A DNA stretch of 64,000 nucleotides from Eledone cirrhosa (taxonomy: Eukaryota), in contig OZ024742.1 of assembly GCA_964016885.1 (NCBI GenBank), positions 152,272,001 through 152,336,000 of the forward strand, read 5' to 3'. The translations under genes and the position numbers were made by a program. Numbering within the stretch: position 1 is the stretch's first letter; every line of letters starts with the position of its first letter. The notes under the pieces are model-generated. The model saw only the letters and a program-made list of their open reading frames with translations. It was not told the origin of the DNA and ran no database searches. Shown here piece by piece: positions 57,048 through 64,000 of this stretch.

Positions 57048-57206
57048 AAACGGAATAGAAAATGCTGACAAATTGTTCACAGTTGAAAATTGGTTTAATT
57101 AGGAATAAAAGAGTATTAGTGATTGTATGGGTTAGTATTCAGTTGTGGTTTTAAGTTTTTAAGTTTTTACCGGTTGCGCATTTCTAAATGCTTTTCAAAA
57201 ATAATT

Positions 57207-57270
57207 TTGAGATAGAGTGTCCGTGTTGTTTGCTCTGATCAGAGCAAACAACACGGACACTTTATCTCAA
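57207..57270. repeat. 64-bp near-perfect palindrome
   Basis: TTGAGATAGAGTGTCCGTGTTGTTTGCTCTGA|TCAGAGCAAACAACACGGACACTTTATCTCAA. Confidence 0.85.
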
Positions 57271-58097
57271 TATTGGCCATGACTGCTGCCATGGTAGCAG
57301 GCAGGCCGCTGTCTTATTAGCAAACCACTTTCCACTGATTGATCTCGATGTCACTTGATTGATTGTTTTTGAATTTGCCACCGACGCAGAGGCACTGATT
57401 TTCTCAATGGCTAGGAATTCAGTCCACGCTTTGCTATTTTCTATCCACTGAATTATTTTTTAATAAGTTTCCAGAGTCCACGCTTTGCCTGGATACTTAG
57501 ATGAGAATAGTCTTCCCTGACGACGGAATGATTCTCTGTATTTTCTTCGGAAAATATATTTATTCCATTCCAGAAACTAATTAGTTGGAAGTGATATTTT
57601 AGTAAGTAAGTTAATTTTATAATTTTCTTATTTTACGTCTCTCATATTATTGTTCTGCAGCCCCATGCATTGAACCACAAAGTTACTAAGACAAAACCTA
57701 TATATTTGCTAGCATTGATATGCATCTGTATGTATATATATGTTACTAGATATTAATTCTTTATAATTATCTCCAAATTATTTGTCGAGCAATATTGGCC
57801 ATGACTGCTGCTATGGTAGCAGGCAGGCTGCTGTCTTATTAGCAAACCACTTTCCACTGATTGACCTCGATGTCACTTGATTGATTCTTTTTGAATTTGC
57901 CACCGACGCAGAGGCAGTGATTTTCTCAATGGCTAGGAATTCAGTCCACGCTTTGCTATTTTCTATCCACTGGATTATTTTTTAATAAGTTTCCAGAGTC
58001 CACGCTTTGCCTGGATACTTAGATGAGAATAGTCTTCCCTGACGTTGGATGTGATATTTTAGTAAGTAAGTTAATTTGATAATTTTCTTATTTTACG

Positions 58098-58105
<8 letters not shown>
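57270..58105 (+). mobile_element. Retrozyme-like tandem (523-nt unit, about 1.6 copies; family I)
   Basis: ATATTGGCCATGACTGCTG at ~57270 and ~57793. The second copy lacks the HHR interior. Confidence 0.7.
57512..57591 (+). ncRNA. Hammerhead ribozyme, family I
   Basis: CTTCC-CTGACGA-cGGAATG..(TATTTTC ttcg GAAAATA)..CATTCCa-GAAA-CTAATTAG-TT-GGAAG. Confidence 0.85.
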
Positions 58106-58131
<26 letters not shown>

Positions 58132-58136
<5 letters not shown>

Positions 58137-58323
58137 AACCAGTAAGACCCCGACAGCTGTGCTCAAGCCGTTTCGACAGCTAATTCTCTGAGAATTAGCC
58201 GTCGAAACGGCTTGAGCTCAGCTGTCGGGGTCTTACTGGTTCCTATTACCCACTCTACTACCTCAAGTATTGAGTACTTTGGTGCGTTATGGTCCACCTG
58301 GTTCCTTACCACATTTCCTTCGT

Positions 58324-58326
<3 letters not shown>
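58132..58326. mobile_element. Tiny fold-back of a family C end
   Basis: 58132-58188 is inverted to 58190-58246; tail on the right. Confidence 0.8.
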
Positions 58327-58356
<30 letters not shown>

Positions 58357-58521
58357 ATACTTGGGGAGGGACATATTGTTGTAATAATATTGCCAGAATT
58401 AATAACAGAACACACTCACTGTTTGGTTGGTTTTCGCTTCTGTATCTTTTATATCAGCTTATTTAATTTATTCGGTCAAAAATACAGATATAATATAGAC
58501 ACATACACATATATATAGTCT

Positions 58522-58563
58522 AACAAAGTTCTTTCGTTGCACATCTGCAACATCGTCAGTGGT
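58522..58563 (-). ncRNA. Minimal hammerhead ribozyme, family M, in a pLTR fragment at 58351-58620
   Basis: Minus strand reads CA-CTGACGA-tGTTGCA gatg TGCAAC-GAAAGAACTT-TG; stem I is weak. Confidence 0.62.
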
Positions 58564-58748
58564 GCAATTAGGTTTCCTCTTGTATTGTATGTCTATTTAT
58601 TTATTTGTGTCTTTTGCGCGTGTATATATATATATATATATATAATAATAAATTTGAAGACTAAAATCCAAAGAGGGCTCGATAAGGATAAATATATATC
58701 AAATATATAAGAACCGTAGAGCAAATATTTATTAAAATAACAGATTAA

Positions 58749-58799
58749 AGTTTAAGCAAAGAATCGCTGCTTTCACCCTTAACGGGATCTTCTGAAACT
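58749..58799 (-). ncRNA. Hammerhead-like motif, family K (CAGAAGA core)
   Basis: Minus strand reads AGTTT-CAGAAGA-tCCC gttaa GGGt-GAAA-GCA..TGC-TT-AAACT. Confidence 0.6.
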
Positions 58800-59295
58800 A
58801 AAAAAATCAATCTGTGAACGCAGAAGTAAATATTTCAAAAAACGTTGCAACCGAAGGAAGACAAGAAGACGATACTCTGGTTCGTGGAAACGTTCCCTGG
58901 CAAAGAACGGATAAAGACAAAGATAATACGTCATAATATGGAGCGATGCAAACAATTACACACAAAGACAAAACCACGTTTATGGTATAAATGAAGTCGT
59001 AGACTAATATTAGGTGGTTTTTGGAGACGTTCTCTGGCAGTGAACGCAAAAAACGAAGATAATACGTCATTATGTGGGACGTTGAGAACAATTACACGCA
59101 AAGACAAAACCATGTATATGGTATAACTGTAGTCGTAGACTAACATTCTATTAGGAAACCGAATGATTCCCGGCTTCAGAGTTAAGAATAAAGTAAATAA
59201 ATTACAGTGGTAATTGAAATTAAATATATACATGCACGCAACCATATACGTACATACACATGCATACGCGAAAACACCCGCGTTCTGAATTTTTT

Positions 59296-59346
59296 AGTTT
59301 CAGAAGATCCCGTTAAGAGTGAAAGCAGCGATTCTTTGATTAAACT
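59296..59346 (+). ncRNA. Hammerhead-like motif, family K (inverted partner, mutated)
   Basis: Inverted repeat of 58725-58805 at 59290-59370. Confidence 0.5.
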
Positions 59347-59729
59347 TTAATATGTTATTTTAATAAATATATATATATATATATAAATATATGCTGCCAA
59401 TACCTTAATGGGACACGGGTATACAACACCTAACTCCTATTAACCTAAGTATATATAAATATATCTATATTTTTTATCATTTATTTTGTTTTGACCCGTT
59501 TGGCTTGAATTGCTGTTTGGCTTAGGTGGTTGATGCTTTCTTCACCACTATTTCAGTTTTATATGGCGTCTTAACTTATTGTTTAGCTCTGGTTTTTTAA
59601 CTATGGAGCGCTTGCCAGCATTATTTCTGATTTCTGCGTTTCGTTTCGCCTTTTCTACCCGCCGAAATACGATTCTCTCTAAATCTATATTTGTATATAT
59701 AAATATATATATGCACACACACACACACA

Positions 59730-59804
<75 letters not shown>

Positions 59805-59807
<3 letters not shown>

Positions 59808-60270
59808 GTATAGGATTCCCCAAGATGTAGTAATGGTTAATTACTACACTGGATATGGTTGACGTCCGGTGAGAGGTTACTCTACGAGTTATGGAAAAAT
59901 TGTTGAAGAAACTTAGTTCCTGATCCTTCTGTATTCCGGAGTGTATATAAAGAATGAATAATAACAGGTAGACATCATAAAAAGGTAATATATTCCGTGT
60001 GCTTACAAATGTTTCCACGGTGGTACTACAGCCTAGTTATGCTATGTGCAAATTTACAAGTATTTGCAGAACTCAAATATCCAATGCTGTATCCCCAGAG
60101 CAGAATCATTCTGCTCTGAGGATACAGTGGTCACAGCATTGGATATTTGAGTTCTGCAAATACTTGTAAATTTGCACATAGCATAACTAGGCTGTAGTAC
60201 CACCGTGGAAACATATGTAAGCACATGGAATAAATTACCTTTTTATGATGTCTACCTGTTATTATTCATT

Positions 60271-60277
<7 letters not shown>
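59805..60277. mobile_element. ORF-less palindromic PLE-end insertion (family L)
   Basis: 59944-60106 is inverted to 60108-60277; tail 59805-59943 is on the left. Confidence 0.8.
60112..60223 (+). ncRNA. Hammerhead ribozyme, family L (very long stem II)
   Basis: TGCT-CTGAGGA-TACaGTGGT..ACAGC..GCTGT..ACCACcGTG-GAAA-CATATG-TA-AGCA. Confidence 0.75.
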
Positions 60278-60312
<35 letters not shown>

Positions 60313-60314
<2 letters not shown>

Positions 60315-62356
60315 TGTTATACTTGGGGAGGGTCATATTTGCGTAATATTGCCAGAATTAATAACAGAAGACACTCACTGTTTGGTTGGTTTTCGCTTCT
60401 CGCTGTCTTTTATATCTGCGATCTAACTTACTCGGTCCTCAATGTTGCCATTGACTGACCGACGGTCAAAAAAATCTACACCCAAAATGAGGGAGCAGCC
60501 ATCGGCGTCAGCATAGCTGGTAATGTTGCCAACCTTTTCATGGTATGGTGGGAAAGGAGACTTAAAGATCTCCTTAATGAAAGCTCCACAGACCTCATCA
60601 TGTACTCTCGTTATGTAGACGATATCAATATAGTTATAAGAACACCCCCACTAGAGAGCACTAACAGGTTTGATTTAGAACGTAGCACGATGGAAAGCAT
60701 CCAGCAGATAGCTAATTCCATACACCAGAGTATAACTGTAACTATCGACTTCCCTTCCAAACACCCTAACAATAAACTACCGGTATTAGACACAGAACTC
60801 TGGATTAACACTATAGACGAGAGAGCCCAAATTCTCCACTCACACTATGCTAAACCCATGGCCTCCAAATACCTGATACTCAAAAACTCAGCAATGTCCA
60901 GTAGTGCTAAGTTTAATATTCTGATCGCAGATTTGGTACGAGTGATGAAGAATATGTCCAGCATGTGCGACCCAACAGAAATGGAAAGACACATCCAACA
61001 CTTCATCAACCGCATGCAGTTCTCTGGCTACAACCAAAGAGACAGAGTCAGAGTATACGAAGGTGCCATGGAAAAGTATAATACCCTCATAGAACTGGAC
61101 ATGAAAGGAATTTTGCCCACTATACAGGAGCAAATCATGGAATAGCTTAGATAGGGCTAGACATAAGATAGGGAAGGCCACATCATGGTACGACAACCAG
61201 AGATATCAGAGTGTCATGTTTGTGGACGCCACCCCTGGAGGGAAATTAGCTAACCAGTGTAGAAAGGCCCTGAGAAAGACCCACTTAAAAATAAAGGTGG
61301 TAGAAAAGCCAGGAACCACCATAAAATCCCTGATCAGCAAAACCTACCCTTTTAAGAAAACCCGCTGTACCAATAGGAAATGTATCATATGTAAGGTGAA
61401 CCCCCGGATAAACTGTAAAACTAGAAACGTACTCTATAGCATAAGATGTACAGAGGGTACCTGCAGAAACATGACAACAACATACATAGGTGAGACAGCT
61501 CGTAGCATAGGTGAAAGGATAGACCAACACTGGGGGGAACTAAAAGGACGAAAAAACGGGTCAGTACTATACGAACATGCTAGACAACAACATGACGGTA
61601 ACATAGACAACATAGAAATTAGAATAATATCTAAACATAGGAATGATCCAGCAGATAGGCAAATCAGAGAGGCCAGTGAAATAGAAATTGAAGACCAAAG
61701 CTAAACAGAAAGAATGAGTGGAACAACAACAACACCCAAACAAACAACACTGACCTAAGAGAAGTATAAATAAGTAAATAAAATAAAATAAAATAAGATA
61801 AATAAATACATACACAAGCACAATAACAACAAGCACATAAACACACACTAGTCACCCAGCAGACACAACACTATACACACTAGTCACACAGCACACATAA
61901 CACTATGCACACACGCAAACGCATGCGCAAAGAAGACAAAATAAAATAAGATAAACAAACAACCAAATAAATAAATAAATATATAGACAGACTGAATAAA
62001 AAATGGCGTAGACATACAACACAACAGGAGGAACAAAGAATATAACACCACTGACGATGTTGCAGATGTGCAACGAAAGATTTATGTAAATTATGTAAAC
62101 TATATATATGTGTTTGTGTCTATATTGTATCTGTATTATTTTTGACCGTCGGTCAGTCAATGGCAACATTGAGGACCGAGTAAGTTAGATCGCAGATATA
62201 AAAGACAGCGAGAAGCGAAAACCAACCAAACAGTGAGTGTGTTCTGTTATTAATTCTGGCAATATTACGCAAATATGACCCTCCCCAAGTATAACAATAT
62301 CTGTTTCGACACACGATTTCATATAAAAAACCTCGCTAAACTAATTCATCGCCGCT
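60313..62356 (+). mobile_element. 5'-truncated PLE, family M (related to F), with an inverted short pLTR
   Basis: 60313-60472 is inverted to 62139-62297. ORF relic 60476-61750 carries GAAIG, YSRYVDD and YIGETARSIGERIDQH. Confidence 0.92.
62047..62088 (+). ncRNA. Minimal hammerhead ribozyme, family M
   Basis: CA-CTGACGA-tGTTGCA gatg TGCAAC-GAAA-GATT-TA-TG; stem I is weak. Confidence 0.6.
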
Positions 62357-64000
62357 ATATATATCCCTATCCATTTATCTACCTCTATGTATATATATAT
62401 ACAGAATTTTTCTTACTCGATAATATATCTTTATCGGTGTCTTTGTGCGTGTGTCTGTTTACGCAAGTCATGTGTGGCTGTTTGTATGTTTATGCACACA
62501 TCTTGTCTGTAAATTTTACAGACTGAAAGAAATCACATTTGCACACAGGGCACGGCACAACGCCTATGGTCCTGCCCTGTATTGTCATTCTCGTGATTCG
62601 TCTTCTATCAGTTATATACAGTCAATCGCCTGTACCTACAAATGTATAAACATGTAAAAAATGAGATCTATAGACAAAGAAAGCACATTATCTACCCTAA
62701 GCTGGCAAGGATAAATTGGTCTCGTTTCTTGGTAAACACATGTAAAAGATTGAACTTCATAAAAAGTGGGGATTGGACACTATCTCATTTATTATGCAGG
62801 CGTTTCGCAAAAGTACATAATTTTCATCCAATTCAAACTAAACGCCCGAAGATACGAACATGACTCATCCCGATTGATTACAAGTTGCTGAAAACAATTA
62901 GTAGATATGGTTGGGGTGGTTACAGTGTTCATAATGCATGATAAGCGATATGCCTTTATAGAAAAAAATTTGCCCAGTTGGAAATGTATATAGAAAACAC
63001 AGCACCCTCTATGGAATTTCTCTGATCTATATAAAATATCCTATTCTAAATACATTGAGTCAAATGTATTCTCTCAGCCCCATCCCTTCGTTCAATAGTC
63101 TTCAATAATCCACACCATTCTTTATACGACGTTGTCCGTTGCTTGAATCACAAGACACAAATAATTGATCCAATGGATCTCTATACAAGCTGTCGAATGC
63201 TTTCAAATCGATTATTTTCTGTATGTTGGGAATACAAGCGAGTGAGTGAGTGAGAGATAGAGGGGGGAGCGGGTGAAAGATAAAGAAGAATATACGAGAA
63301 GAGAGATTGTATGAAATTGAGAGTGATTGTGAAATGGAGAGAATAGTGGAACTAAAGTCAAGATTAGTCATATTTATTAAATGACTGCAGTGGGAGTATT
63401 TGCATATACGAGGATTAATGGGAATGCGAATAGACTTGATATTCTAAGAAAACTTGTTAAAACATTCATAGAACATAGAACAAAAATTGTAAAATAATGC
63501 AGATGTTAATGTTATGCTATTAAATACATAAAATAAAATGAATGCTAAATTTATTGCTAAAATATGTATTTTGAAATCTGTCAAGCTAGAAAAATTATAT
63601 GAAAGTATGGGATGACTAATATTTCAAAAGGTGCAAGATTATTATTATCAGTTTAAATTCTGCATTAACGTACATGCTTGTACGTACGCACTTCCATGTT
63701 GATAGATGCGTATAGTTACATGTATGGATCTTTAATCCTGATGGAGTTGTAGGTGTACCGTCATGACATACATCCTGTGTTTCTGACATGTTTAAATCTG
63801 ACAGAGGCTGTCCCCTTTGCAGGTTTGGATACAGCCGATTTCTCTTGGGGAGGCGAGTGAGAGAGGGGAAGTAAGAAAGTATTATAGAAGAAGAGTAGTC
63901 TCAATTGGTGAACTGGTATCAGGTTATTTAGAAATTAATGTATGTTTTTAAACATTAAATTTAAAATGACATATCTCAATCTAGAATAAACTTTATTGAT

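Noticed and set aside
57160-57205. Minus-strand HHR-like TTT-TTGAAAA-GCATTT ag AAATGC-GCAA-CCGG-TA-AAA
   Set aside because: GAAA is mutated, stem I is only A-U, and there is a single copy. Possibly a decayed HHR but not supportable.

Overview
Eukaryotic, AT-rich, repeat-only DNA. It is most likely an octopus/cephalopod genome, inferred from the SINE types and (TA)n/(CA)n density. No host protein-coding gene can be supported. Bases 1-9327 are a 42-bp satellite with a ~4.1-kb higher-order duplication. The rest is dominated by Penelope-like retroelements (PLEs; RT + GIY-YIG) of at least five coding families, inserted in (TA)n microsatellites. It also holds an R4/Dong-like and a Tx1/L1-like LINE relic, SINEs and MITEs. 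The main hidden signal, read by eye, is about 28 type-I hammerhead ribozyme (HHR) motifs from about 13 sequence families. They include a family with a U3-A8 compensatory core, U4C and U4A core variants, and family-specific palindromic stem III sequences. They sit in asymmetric fold-back insertions in which one arm carries a tail and the other stops at a fixed internal TA-rich point. Two HHR-bearing, ORF-less units (~523 nt and ~655 nt) look like retrozymes. All folds were paired by hand and coordinates are approximate to a few bases.
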